In this document: positions 28,501 through 36,041 of the stretch, piece by piece
Position numbering within the stretch: the first letter of the stretch is position 1
How the letters are laid out: every line of letters starts with the position of its first letter
Notes under the pieces: model-generated
What the model saw: the letters and a program-made list of their open reading frames with translations, nothing else
The model's database searches: none
What the model was told of the DNA's origin: nothing
Translations under genes and position numbers: made by a program
Source of the DNA: Candidatus Woesearchaeota archaeon
GTDB taxonomy: Archaea; Nanobdellota; Nanobdellia; Woesearchaeales; GW2011-AR9
DNA: 64,000 bases
Assembly (NCBI GenBank): GCA_016214025.1
Contig: JACRPH010000003.1
Coordinates: 1,814 to 65,813 of the forward strand
Direction: 5' to 3'

Positions 28501-29037
28501 GAAGAAGGGAATTTGGTGGCATGGATATTGCTAATTATTGGTTTGCTATTAACCTTTGGAGGAAGCGGATATTTAATTTATTATTACAAATACGCTCCTG
28601 CCCCAACTAGGGCGGTTTCTGGACCGGTTACATCTACTTCTAGAATCACACCTAGTGCAGGTGAAGGTGTAGTTAATGCGTTGCGTTCTAAACTAACTTT
28701 GCTCAGGCAAGGTCGGGATGATCGGCTGAAGCAAAGATCACGGGAAGATGTATTTGGCAAGTTTACTTCTAAATCTACTGAAATCCCTCACGTTGGTCCA
28801 GTATTATCCAGCAAAGCTTCTCCCATAGAAAAAGTACAGCAAGCGGCGCAGAAATACGTCGAGCATAAAGAAGAAATAAAATCCGGATTAAAGGCGGGGG
28901 AGAAAGGAATCTTTTCCAAGTTAGAGGGAATTGCTAAGCAGGGCAAAGCTCCAGAGATAACTACTACTGAAGCTAAAGATATTTTCTCCCAATTGAAAGA
29001 ACTGAGCAAGAAAAGGAAAGAGGTGCATGGAAAATGA
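22546..29037 (+). CDS. Giant modular surface protein (2163 aa from ATG 22546), adhesin-like
   Basis: Signal 'MFYVVLALCLILLAPLAFNPVNA' and a Cys-rich head ('AWCNPGCCKF'). Two CarboxypepD_reg-like modules ('GVKIVLQGE...SGKVTFSKLTPKTYLVKATKDGF'). TSP3-like Ca-binding repeats ('DDDGDGIVNKCDQC', 'DIDNDGLPDDWE', 'DYDGDGLSNHKEYTLGTNP'). C-terminal TM 'WILLIIGLLLTFGGSGYLIYYY' plus a basic tail. Confidence 0.75.
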   Translation: MTSKKRGMFYVVLALCLILLAPLAFNPVNAAVNGCYTYSKASEDLYCASGGILEDEAKADCVKYPDCKIDQHFIPGSDCSDIDDCKEITCKVDCKTHTWGKCQQLAGAGVSDLEVPAEEYEAWCNPGCCKFTPTKGAKDFCQFNLNQYQCTKQAALNGVTDSQKIIFDNSAGMNLNLCAQTICKLQITPSDLTIFVKDSNEKGIEGVKIVLQGEAQEKTTDSSGKVTFSKLTPKTYLVKATKDGFLSASATIPLASNLSKTYNFTLVTAEGTASVSGTITDTNGAALNGATLSWTGVTEGKTTADASGKFSASTLPPGTYTFTASIIGYKPSIQAATLEAKVPATLDFKLEKSALQGITGTTYLDSNDNTELDAGDQPIAGAKIYVDGIFKGLSIYPEGKFEISVEVKATEGKETHKLSAVYQDYNAEIEVELTKGETLSQNLLLVRYLGECSKGGVNEQKDVEAFYAVPVPGKKEVQLNWNKPCPEVIGYGIEKCKAEECSSIPLPPTANAYTDTEVEWEAAYSYKIWAVYDYGLSKNMVEQAITLGSELCAGRYHELTGWETFCFGKTPDERKKVWTCDDGNKLIGSKDCGEMDGTGENYYCARVAEGVAECKNTGSCGLFGNPFGLYYNSEMCYGSMVAEGAKPANYCYYEYTNTVVEQCKSCTQVNSCFDYQSQDACEVNSCLSKDCTWLNAAQNEEPIIDYGLILPGLVTPETGAGYCVEKDYTKDDKCSLCSPSASLFDNYFCTAQICTNLGNCFASAGLKYCQSCGEAPTKDTNCYSYGSKLECVGSDEGEEAGIYKDPSEHITASKDKCSWKRCRWEGNSGTDGKCIKDGNVDEVDDCEAFADVGSANTCRMDNSPPKTVVEPAGVNVVSLAHPNITFFGNDKYHKYANQQSDMGALGYCLTSGDPTASDSCVRDNEGNSAFIEVPYAGKLPEEYLTVDLINSKYLAGQSIEGDTYKLKFYSQDKYFNQEDLQETFVFVDNVVPEFEIKDTQETTADITDLTITLEGIDEPLECKFDLISIVPQGSVQTQTVARETELKEVKFEGLTGVKYDLNVTCKDDHDNTNTKNATYVFDLEQNIDVIEPALKGVIAATDIVFKIHTDVGAICALYLADTNEKITDFIPNEEGKEHYTNTVVGFTEGKYTGTHKIVCTDLLNGEVMEDYFDFTVDFTPPTTQITLKEGKREVKPIDYGWEEYFISSVNIDFECTADGFGCSKTFYCLGVGCELIGSPEYKEYTGTVALNETSQICYYSTDAGDSMVFSPLCGKIVVDGYGITLEQPPPYFYQGEVWGISNLPVFNWGFFTKVPTKECGFDFTSGIDYMSLPDHKKKPLNSEQKYLFENFPQSVLTSYAEDGGTKAVYVKCLNHEDEIGPEKKMNLEYDPTPPEITEAYAKPNLVLEEIFTNLFTVTDDKTLCKFSDNSEGAGSNEYYTMEFPFPGLESNTLNITHQAEFGISDVGDDGMKDYSLFVQCQNGAENLSNVKDINFSVDYTAVGYIIASSLAPGGYVTIPDVTLKAETSKTGLCEFRENVNQSYTQMDGAGGKLHGSVLSKLPEGAHKFLVRCAMGDHVAEAAIDFIIDLTPPTIKEINDGNRTCGQDKLSVSVYTDDANVTGYYYELYDAGEDKNYIVPAPAVNTSKSLLNASKLPVPKAPIPKINASLSAPKSGATLVGNGTLPSSFPLEIPAPVGINILGANASGGNASGVNASSVNASGFIVGHKYVVKVKAQDAAGNWGGMKESDGVTATYKNYSACIADITAPKVTMLLNDNCTLNQPVVELHCEDENGCTGFKYGKSSTSACNATLSYTGTAIPVDKKSWLCYYVADTKGQNISETKPVLIVDDDGDGIVNKCDQCLLTPAGKVADKSGCASNDTFTGQNKTVTDIDNDGLPDDWEKKYDAENCEFDYTKKDSDGDTIADSMEDYDGDGLSNHKEYTLGTNPCIKELIGPKIEPGKLGSEQNKTNVTKLPSEEETLLPVEEGNLVAWILLIIGLLLTFGGSGYLIYYYKYAPAPTRAVSGPVTSTSRITPSAGEGVVNALRSKLTLLRQGRDDRLKQRSREDVFGKFTSKSTEIPHVGPVLSSKASPIEKVQQAAQKYVEHKEEIKSGLKAGEKGIFSKLEGIAKQGKAPEITTTEAKDIFSQLKELSKKRKEVHGK

Positions 29038-30827
29038 TATCTAAGTATTTGTTTAGTATTATTTTGGCAGTAATATTATTGTTTTTGTTAACTTCTTGTT
29101 CTAAAGAAATAACTCCCCCCAAACAGGTTCTTTGTGAGGGTTATAAAAATAATCTTATCAGAGAACAGTGTTGGATTAGGTTAAGTATGGTAAAATCAGA
29201 TTTGACTTATTGTGATAAAATCTCCTTTCCAGAATATAAAGAGGGCTGTTATCGAGATTATTTACTGAAATCTCCTGCTGAAAATATTGACCTTTCCTTC
29301 TGTGAAAAGTTCATCCTTTCCGAAAATAAAGATACTTGTTTATTAAATTATGCAGTATATAAAAAGAATCTGGAGAGTTGTAATAAAATTCAAAGCCAGA
29401 GCCTGAAAGATTCTTGTACAATGGCAACAAGCTTCATTAATGGCGGTGTTGCTAATTGTGATGCTTTGGACTTTAAAGACGATTGCTATATGTTTGTTGC
29501 TGCGGGAGAAAAAGATTCTTCTTTATGTGAAAAAATTAAAGATGAAAGTGGAAAGGATGTCTGTTATTTACGGGTAGCCTATGTTACTCACGATGATTCT
29601 CTTTGCGACAAAATTCAAGATAAAGATGCCGACTATATCCACTCCGACCAATGTTATAATTCTGTTGCTCTGGCTAAAAAAGACGTTAAAGTGTGTGATA
29701 AGATTAAAGGCTTTAATATGTCATGCTATCAGAATATTGCTATAGCTACAGAAGATCCTCTCATTTGTGAGTTAATCGGTGTTTCAATAGTTTCTATGGA
29801 TGATACTGGTATGGAAATAGATATTAGTAAAGATGAATGTTTTAATTCTCTTGCACTTTTAATTCCCGATGCTTCTCTTTGCGGGAAGGTTAAAGAGAGT
29901 TATACTCGATCTCGTTGTTATTACGATATTGCTATCTCTACTGATGATGCGGGCCTCTGTGATTTGATTTTAAATGATTTGAAAAGTAGTTGCCATACGA
30001 CTCTAGCTGCGTATAAAGAATCCTGTGAATCTCTAACCTCGCCGGAGGATAAAGACGGATGTTATTACCAAATTGCTGAATATAGTGTCAATGCTAATTT
30101 TTGTGGGAATATTCAAAATGAAATTACCCAAAGTAGTTGTTACTCGGCTATTGCTCATACTTTAAATGATTCTTCTCTTTGTGAAAGTATTCCTAATCAA
30201 GAACAAAAGGGAGAATGTTATGCTTCATTTGGTGCAATTACTGGTACTCTGGAAATTTGTGAAAAAATAAAAAGTCAAAATGAAAAAGATAGGTGTTATA
30301 GAAACGTAGGGGTAACCATCGGAAATCTTTCTTTATGTGACTTTGGAGGGGATTCTTATGATAAACAGATGTGTTACGAATCTTTAGCCAAGAAGAATAA
30401 CAATCCTGCTGGCTGTGCTAAAATTGAAGATAATATAGGTGCTAAAGACCTCTGTTTTAATGATGTAGCAACAGCAACTAACTCTACGATTATTTGTAAT
30501 CAAATTAGTGATTCTGAACTAACCGAGTCTTGTTATTATTATGTGGGCTTGAACACCAAAGATCCTTCAGTATGTGCCAAAATTAAAACACAATGGTACT
30601 ATCGGAATGAGTGTTACCAAAGTGCAGCCATTGCTAAAATAGACGTTTCTTTATGCGAAAAGATACAAGAAACGGAAAATGACCAATATGTAATTACCAC
30701 TAAAGATGCTTGTTATCAAGAGATTGCTGCCAAACTAAAAGATTCAACCCTTTGTGAAAAAGCACATTCTTCAGAAGCAAAAGAAAATTGTCTTAATCTC
30801 GTTAAGCTAAGTTCACCAAACAGTTAA
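29034..30827 (+). CDS. Lipobox-bearing protein built of ~17 Cys-pair repeats (597 aa)
   Basis: 'LLFLLTSCSKE' is lipobox-like. It contains repeated units of the type 'D.CY..(V/I)A......D..LC(E/D)KI'. The start overlaps the upstream stop as ATGA. Confidence 0.6.
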   Translation: MISKYLFSIILAVILLFLLTSCSKEITPPKQVLCEGYKNNLIREQCWIRLSMVKSDLTYCDKISFPEYKEGCYRDYLLKSPAENIDLSFCEKFILSENKDTCLLNYAVYKKNLESCNKIQSQSLKDSCTMATSFINGGVANCDALDFKDDCYMFVAAGEKDSSLCEKIKDESGKDVCYLRVAYVTHDDSLCDKIQDKDADYIHSDQCYNSVALAKKDVKVCDKIKGFNMSCYQNIAIATEDPLICELIGVSIVSMDDTGMEIDISKDECFNSLALLIPDASLCGKVKESYTRSRCYYDIAISTDDAGLCDLILNDLKSSCHTTLAAYKESCESLTSPEDKDGCYYQIAEYSVNANFCGNIQNEITQSSCYSAIAHTLNDSSLCESIPNQEQKGECYASFGAITGTLEICEKIKSQNEKDRCYRNVGVTIGNLSLCDFGGDSYDKQMCYESLAKKNNNPAGCAKIEDNIGAKDLCFNDVATATNSTIICNQISDSELTESCYYYVGLNTKDPSVCAKIKTQWYYRNECYQSAAIAKIDVSLCEKIQETENDQYVITTKDACYQEIAAKLKDSTLCEKAHSSEAKENCLNLVKLSSPNS

Positions 30828-30856
30828 ATCTGTACCACAAAAGAGGAAAAACCATT

Positions 30857-31441
30857 ATGAACAAAAAAGCCATGGGCGTAGGACAAGTGTTCATCTATAT
30901 CGTAGCTGCCATCTCGTTTGCATTGATAATGATTTTCGGATACAAAGCCATTAACAGTTTCTTACAGAGCGGAGAGCAGGTGCAGTTAGTACAGTTTAAA
31001 ACGGATTTGGAAAGCTCCATTAAGAAAGTTTATACTGAATATGGCTCAGTACGGGTGGAAAAGTATCGTATTCCGGGAAACTTTGAACAGATATGTTTGG
31101 TGAATATGGAATATCCAGCGACTCCAGAGGAAATTGATGATCTTTGTAAAGAGAATGTTTACGCTTGCAAAGTGTGGGAAGATGCAGTTGCTGCTCAGAA
31201 ATTATCTGAAGCTGACCCAGCCAACTATCCCAAAGACGGCTACGACAGTGTAGATGAGAATGTATTTCTAACACCAATAACTGAAGGCTTGACTCAACTT
31301 AAAGTGTATCGAATTAGTATCGATCAAGATGCCGATGAAGTAGAAGAGGGTTTCTTGTGCGAACCCATCAAAAAAGGCTCATTCTCATTAGTTCTAGAAG
31401 GGAAAGGCGATCACACACAAATTTATCAAAAAACCAATTGA
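30857..31441 (+). CDS. Class III signal peptide (type IV pilin-like) protein
   Basis: N-terminus 'MNKKAMGVGQVFIYIVAAISFALIMIFGY'. Confidence 0.55.
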   Translation: MNKKAMGVGQVFIYIVAAISFALIMIFGYKAINSFLQSGEQVQLVQFKTDLESSIKKVYTEYGSVRVEKYRIPGNFEQICLVNMEYPATPEEIDDLCKENVYACKVWEDAVAAQKLSEADPANYPKDGYDSVDENVFLTPITEGLTQLKVYRISIDQDADEVEEGFLCEPIKKGSFSLVLEGKGDHTQIYQKTN

Positions 31442-31443
31442 AC

Positions 31444-32595
31444 ATGATTTCATCCAAACGCGCCCAGCTTGAAGTTACATTTAATTGGGTGTATGTGCTG
31501 ATCGCAGGAGCAGTAATCCTGTTATTCTTCGCTGGAATTGTAGTAAAACAAAAAGCTGCTTCCGAAGATAATTTAAGCCGGATGGCAATGAACATCATGG
31601 ATAAGATATTTGCCGGAGCCCGAGCGGCTGAAAAAACTAAAGATTTTGTGGATATAAGCGGATTAGCAGATTATACCTTTTACTTTGACTGTGATAATGA
31701 AGTCAGCACTTACGGGCTGAAAGGCTATGCTAATCCCAAAGAAGACGAAGTGCACGCTATTTTTGCACCATTAGAACTACAAGGGACACGGATGATTCTA
31801 TGGAGTTTACCTTACAAACTTCCTTACAAAACAATGGATTTTTTGTTTATTACTACGGATAAAACCAAGTATTTCTTCGTTGGGCAGGATGAGTTTGTAG
31901 AAGAATTCTTAAACGCTACTCAAGATAATACCGATAAGAGGAAAAGCATCAGCGCCGAAGCGGTTATTGATTTAGAAGATATTACTCCCGGAAAGACGTT
32001 CCAAATAAGAATTGTGGATGTAGAAGGGAAAATTCAACCTAAAGCCCTTTTACCTCCGCCGCTTTTGGATAAATTAAAAGGCTACGGCGACAATAAAGTA
32101 ACTGCAGTTTCTTTTACCGGAACCAATCAGGTTAATTTCTTCCAGAAAGAAGATGATCATTGGAAGCAGCTGAATTCCAATCCGGTTCAAATTGTCTCGC
32201 TGGGAGGAGAGCGTGATGCCGCTAAATATGCAGCTGTTTTTGCGGGAAATGACAAAGTGTACGAATGCAACATGAAGAAAGCATTTAGGCGATTAGAATT
32301 AGTTAATGAAGTTTATGGGGGGGTGGAGATAGTTAGCTTAAAGCCAGGTGGAAAACTAGGCGAAATTGCTGCTTATTACCAAGCTCATCCTGAATTGGGA
32401 TTAACCGGCCAATGCCAGAGTTATTTGAGTGAAGCTGAGGAAAATGTAATGGTAAGTATGCAGATGCATCAGTTAAAGACAAAAATGTGTAAATTAGAAT
32501 ACACCAAATGCGTCGAATTAATTGATTCCGCCGATAAACTAAAAAAAGCTAATACCAACTTGGCTGAAAAAGGAGATTGTATCCCACTATACTAA
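31444..32595 (+). CDS. Class III signal peptide (pilin-like) protein, 383 aa
   Basis: N-terminus from ATG 31444 is 'MISSKRAQLEVTFNWVYVLIAGAVILLFFAGIV'. The ORF-track start at 31357 overlaps the upstream gene and is unlikely. Confidence 0.55.
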   Translation: MISSKRAQLEVTFNWVYVLIAGAVILLFFAGIVVKQKAASEDNLSRMAMNIMDKIFAGARAAEKTKDFVDISGLADYTFYFDCDNEVSTYGLKGYANPKEDEVHAIFAPLELQGTRMILWSLPYKLPYKTMDFLFITTDKTKYFFVGQDEFVEEFLNATQDNTDKRKSISAEAVIDLEDITPGKTFQIRIVDVEGKIQPKALLPPPLLDKLKGYGDNKVTAVSFTGTNQVNFFQKEDDHWKQLNSNPVQIVSLGGERDAAKYAAVFAGNDKVYECNMKKAFRRLELVNEVYGGVEIVSLKPGGKLGEIAAYYQAHPELGLTGQCQSYLSEAEENVMVSMQMHQLKTKMCKLEYTKCVELIDSADKLKKANTNLAEKGDCIPLY

Positions 32596-32596
32596 A

Positions 32597-33124
32597 ATGG
32601 CACTTCGTTCCAAAAAAGCACAAATGCACATCACCGAAACTATTGGAGTGCTATTCATCTTCTTTATCTTGGTAGCATTTGGGTTGATATTTTATTACAA
32701 GTACACTGAGCAGGCGATAGAACAAGAGCACTACCAGCAGATTGACGACAGGGCAGTTAAACTGGCATTAGAGGTATTTACGCTTCCAGAATTAGCCTGT
32801 ACTCGAGGAGACGCAGAGTTAGAAGATTATTGTGTGGATATGGCTAAAGTGCGGCATCTTAATGAGACATTTGATATTCATGTGAAGGATTACTATTTCA
32901 AGCTGTTTGGATATGCGAAGATAAGAGTAGTGCAATTATATCCTCCTGATGGACAAAATTATACTTTGTATGATAAAAAAATGCCACTTAATGAAACTTC
33001 CACACCCGATTTAGGAGTCACTTGGTTTGTGGTAGCATTAAAAGATGAAGTTACTGATATGGAGAAAACTCCGTACAGTTTTGGATATATTGAAGTGGGT
33101 GTATATTCCCTGCCGTGGGAATGA
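32597..33124 (+). CDS. Class III signal peptide (pilin-like) protein
   Basis: N-terminus 'MALRSKKAQMHITETIGVLFIFFILVAFGLIF'. Confidence 0.55.
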   Translation: MALRSKKAQMHITETIGVLFIFFILVAFGLIFYYKYTEQAIEQEHYQQIDDRAVKLALEVFTLPELACTRGDAELEDYCVDMAKVRHLNETFDIHVKDYYFKLFGYAKIRVVQLYPPDGQNYTLYDKKMPLNETSTPDLGVTWFVVALKDEVTDMEKTPYSFGYIEVGVYSLPWE

Positions 33125-33133
33125 AAAAGAGAA

Positions 33134-33688
33134 ATGAACAAAAAAGCACAGATGGAAATGATTGGGATTGTGGTAATTGTAATTCTCGTAACGTTAGGAA
33201 TGCTGTTCATGGCGCAGTTTGCATTTAAAGAAGACAAAACTAAGAAAGTGTTTACGGCGCGAGGATTGGCTGCGAGCACGTTAGGTGCATTGTTTAAGAC
33301 TACGGTAACCGATCCTGGTTGTGTGCAAGAATTTGGCGCAGCGGCTTTGCCACAAATTGGGGAGGAGTTGTTAGAAGATTGCGCCTTGAACTATGAAACT
33401 AAAGACGAGCCAAATGGATATTCTTTGTATACTTGTGGTGGGATGCATACGTGTGAGTTTGTGGAAGGAAGCGCTACTTCTTTATTAGGAGACACTTTAG
33501 GCAAATGGGGCAAGAAGTATCATTTTACAGCTAAATTGCTGGTTCCGGGCGGGAAAACAAATTTTATTAATCTGACTGAAGTTAAGAACAGTGGCTGCCC
33601 CAAAACTCAGGGAGACAGAGACTGCTCCCAGCAGCCTTTATCTACCGAAGCTGGGCAGGTGCTGGCAGAATTGTGCATTTGCGGGTGA
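33134..33688 (+). CDS. Class III signal peptide (pilin-like) protein, Cys-containing
   Basis: N-terminus 'MNKKAQMEMIGIVVIVILVTLGMLF'. Its last 26+ nt are duplicated at 38273-38298. Confidence 0.55.
   Translation: MNKKAQMEMIGIVVIVILVTLGMLFMAQFAFKEDKTKKVFTARGLAASTLGALFKTTVTDPGCVQEFGAAALPQIGEELLEDCALNYETKDEPNGYSLYTCGGMHTCEFVEGSATSLLGDTLGKWGKKYHFTAKLLVPGGKTNFINLTEVKNSGCPKTQGDRDCSQQPLSTEAGQVLAELCICG
33656..33681 (+). repeat. Left copy of the 26-bp direct repeat flanking the radical-SAM island
   Basis: 'caggtgctggcagaattgtgcatttg' is identical to 38273-38298. Weaker similarity extends about 20 nt upstream. Confidence 0.85.
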
Positions 33689-33693
33689 AAGCG

Positions 33694-34311
33694 TTAATTA
33701 AGTGTTGAATTCAATAAATTCAGATGTTCCGTACAATTTATTTTATGAAAAGTCTTTTTATTACCTTCTATCTGCACCATAGAAAGAGCAGTATTCTTTT
33801 TAGGAAGATAATTTTTATAGAACTCAATGGGTTTATCATGTAAATATGTTAATAAGCACGACAAAGGCCCACCATGACCGACTATTAATACACAGGACTC
33901 TTTATACTCTTTCATGACTTTTTCTAAAAAGGGAATTACTCTCTCCCAAACCTCTATTAGGGACTCCCCTTCTTCTGGTTTGAATATATAATAGGGTATG
34001 TTTAGTTTATCTAAGTCTTCATTTCTTTTTAAGTTTGATTTGCCTTCGTAAATCCCTTTAGACTGTTCTCTCAAATCTTTAGTTAAAATTGGACTAATAT
34101 TTTTATGAAAGGTTAAAATTTCCATTAAAGTGTCTTTTGCCCTATCTAGGTCGCTCGAAAAGGCATAATCAATTTTTTTTCCTTTGAGAAATAAAGCTAT
34201 TTCCCGTGCTTGTTGAATCCCCGTGGGAGTTAGTTGAGAATTTAAATGACCCTGACAGATCCCCGTAATATTTTCAAATGTTTCACCATGCCTGACTAAA
34301 ATTAATTCCAT
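33694..34311 (-). CDS. Histidine phosphatase (phosphoglycerate mutase superfamily)
   Basis: 'MELILVRHGETFEN...QG' RHG motif, 'SSDLDRAKDT', and second His in 'LIVGHGGPL'. Confidence 0.75.
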   Translation of the reverse strand: MELILVRHGETFENITGICQGHLNSQLTPTGIQQAREIALFLKGKKIDYAFSSDLDRAKDTLMEILTFHKNISPILTKDLREQSKGIYEGKSNLKRNEDLDKLNIPYYIFKPEEGESLIEVWERVIPFLEKVMKEYKESCVLIVGHGGPLSCLLTYLHDKPIEFYKNYLPKKNTALSMVQIEGNKKTFHKINCTEHLNLLNSTLN

Positions 34312-34377
34312 AACGCTAACTTATTTTGAGAGAGTATAAAAAGTTTTTGATGGGGTTTTTATAATATTCGGCCCTCT

Positions 34378-34995
34378 TTATTTTAAATGGGAGGTATTAT
34401 TCCAATCAAGAATAGTAAATTTTTCATCATTATATTTTATTCTTGTAATCGAACTTTTAGCTGGTTTGAGCAGGTCATAATCCTCAAACGGTTGATTGTT
34501 TAAATATAAACCAAAGGCTGTGATTATACCCCCATGCGTTACAATTAATATTTGTTCCTGGGGTAATGTGGGGATGTAATTAAAAAAAAAATCAACTGCT
34601 CTTTGCTGTAATTCTACTGTCGATTCTCCATTTTCTGGCCGGTATAAGTACAGCGGGAGGGATTGTTGAATTAAAACTTCATGAACTAACTCTCGGGGTT
34701 TTCCACAATAAATCCCACTTCGTTTTGCTCTAAGCCCATTGGTTATAATTAATTCTAGGTTTGGATGATATTTTGCTAGTTCTTTGCAGGTCACAAGGCA
34801 ACGATTTAACGGGCTAGACAAAGCTAGTTCAAATGATTCATCTCTTAGGGCATGTCCTGTTAACTCTATCTCTAATTTTCCTTGCTCAGAGATATCCCCT
34901 TCGATTTCCCACCCTTGATGAATACCGTTAATATTTTCAATAGTTGTCGCATGTACCACAACCACAAGATTCTTGGATTTATGTTTAGGTTTCAC
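34378..34995 (-). CDS. Histidine phosphatase-fold protein with a degenerate RHG motif
   Basis: 'VVVVHATTIEN' replaces RHG (Arg lost, His kept). 'SSPLNRC' and 'IVTHGGII' are retained. Confidence 0.55.
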   Translation of the reverse strand: MKPKHKSKNLVVVVHATTIENINGIHQGWEIEGDISEQGKLEIELTGHALRDESFELALSSPLNRCLVTCKELAKYHPNLELIITNGLRAKRSGIYCGKPRELVHEVLIQQSLPLYLYRPENGESTVELQQRAVDFFFNYIPTLPQEQILIVTHGGIITAFGLYLNNQPFEDYDLLKPAKSSITRIKYNDEKFTILDWNNTSHLK

Positions 34996-36040
34996 TTTCT
35001 TTAATATTTCCTAAAATTGAATACAGTTTTTTCTTATTTATCACGGAAAGATTTCTTATTATCCAATAAGGGTTATTAGTCCTATCAATTGATTTTGAAA
35101 ATTCAACATCCTTTCGAAGTTTACTTAATATCTTTTTGAAGGGTATGAGAACCAAATTTGTGTGGGCCGGACTATTGGTAACAAATTGTGTTATTCTTTC
35201 GTAACTAACTCTCTCGCGGTTTATATTTCCTATAACTTCTGTTTCTATGCCATAAAATAAAACGTCACCATTAGGGTTAATAGTGATGTCTAACCCGGGT
35301 TTTTCCCCGGCACAGATATAACCCAATGTAAAATCTTTCCTATACTTTTTTTCTAAACAATCAACATACGTGCCTATATCATACTTATCTTTTATTCCGT
35401 AGTTTGTGGGGTTTACAATACTTTGATAACAAATAAAAAACGATTTATTGTTAATTATCAGCTTAGTTTTAATAGCATTAAGATTCTCTAGCTTAAAACT
35501 TAAATTAGCTTTTTCTAATTCTTTAGAAACATATTTTTCTACAAAATCTTTATCTGTCGTGATGGAACGAAACATTAATTCTAGATGAGAGGGCTCTTCT
35601 TTTAAAAAATAATTTATTAACCATAAGAAATGGTTATGAGTGATTTTTGAAAGATGGTGTCGGTCTAAACTAAAACGTAATCTCAGAAAAGAACCATTAT
35701 TCTTAACTATTTCTTCCATATTTTTGATAAAAATCATAAACTTTTTCTGCGGGATATTTCCACTAGTAATCAATTCAAATTGTTTATTCCTGCCACAAAT
35801 TTTTAAGATATCAAATACAGCATTTTGATTAAATATTGGGTCGCCTTGACCACTAATGCCGATTAGTTTACATTTTGAAGTCAACTCTTGGAGATTATCT
35901 TTTACAATTCCCCGAACAATTAGATTATCTCTTTTTCTTTTATTGTTACACATGCAAAAATCACAATTAACATTGCAAATATCTGTAACTAGTATGTATA
36001 TCAAATGATTATCCTGTGAAAAAATATTTTTTGATTTCAT
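34985..36040 (-). CDS. Radical SAM protein
   Basis: 'LVTDICNVNCDFCMC' is CxxxCxxC. 'GISGQGDP' is a SAM-binding glycine motif. The C-terminal 'INPNGDVLFYG...IGNI' looks like a Cys-less SPASM/twitch remnant. Confidence 0.7.
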   Translation of the reverse strand: MKSKNIFSQDNHLIYILVTDICNVNCDFCMCNNKRKRDNLIVRGIVKDNLQELTSKCKLIGISGQGDPIFNQNAVFDILKICGRNKQFELITSGNIPQKKFMIFIKNMEEIVKNNGSFLRLRFSLDRHHLSKITHNHFLWLINYFLKEEPSHLELMFRSITTDKDFVEKYVSKELEKANLSFKLENLNAIKTKLIINNKSFFICYQSIVNPTNYGIKDKYDIGTYVDCLEKKYRKDFTLGYICAGEKPGLDITINPNGDVLFYGIETEVIGNINRERVSYERITQFVTNSPAHTNLVLIPFKKILSKLRKDVEFSKSIDRTNNPYWIIRNLSVINKKKLYSILGNIKESET

Positions 36041-36041
36041 T

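Noticed and set aside
20096-29009. Short ORFs overlapping the large surface-protein genes on either strand (for example 20096..20281, 20544..20877, 21143..21337, 21424..21803, 21989..22552, 22656..22946, 23980..24174, 24442..24639, 26162..26410, 27450..27671, 28788..29009)
   Set aside because: They are embedded in much longer ORFs with coherent domain content. They have no independent start context or motifs.
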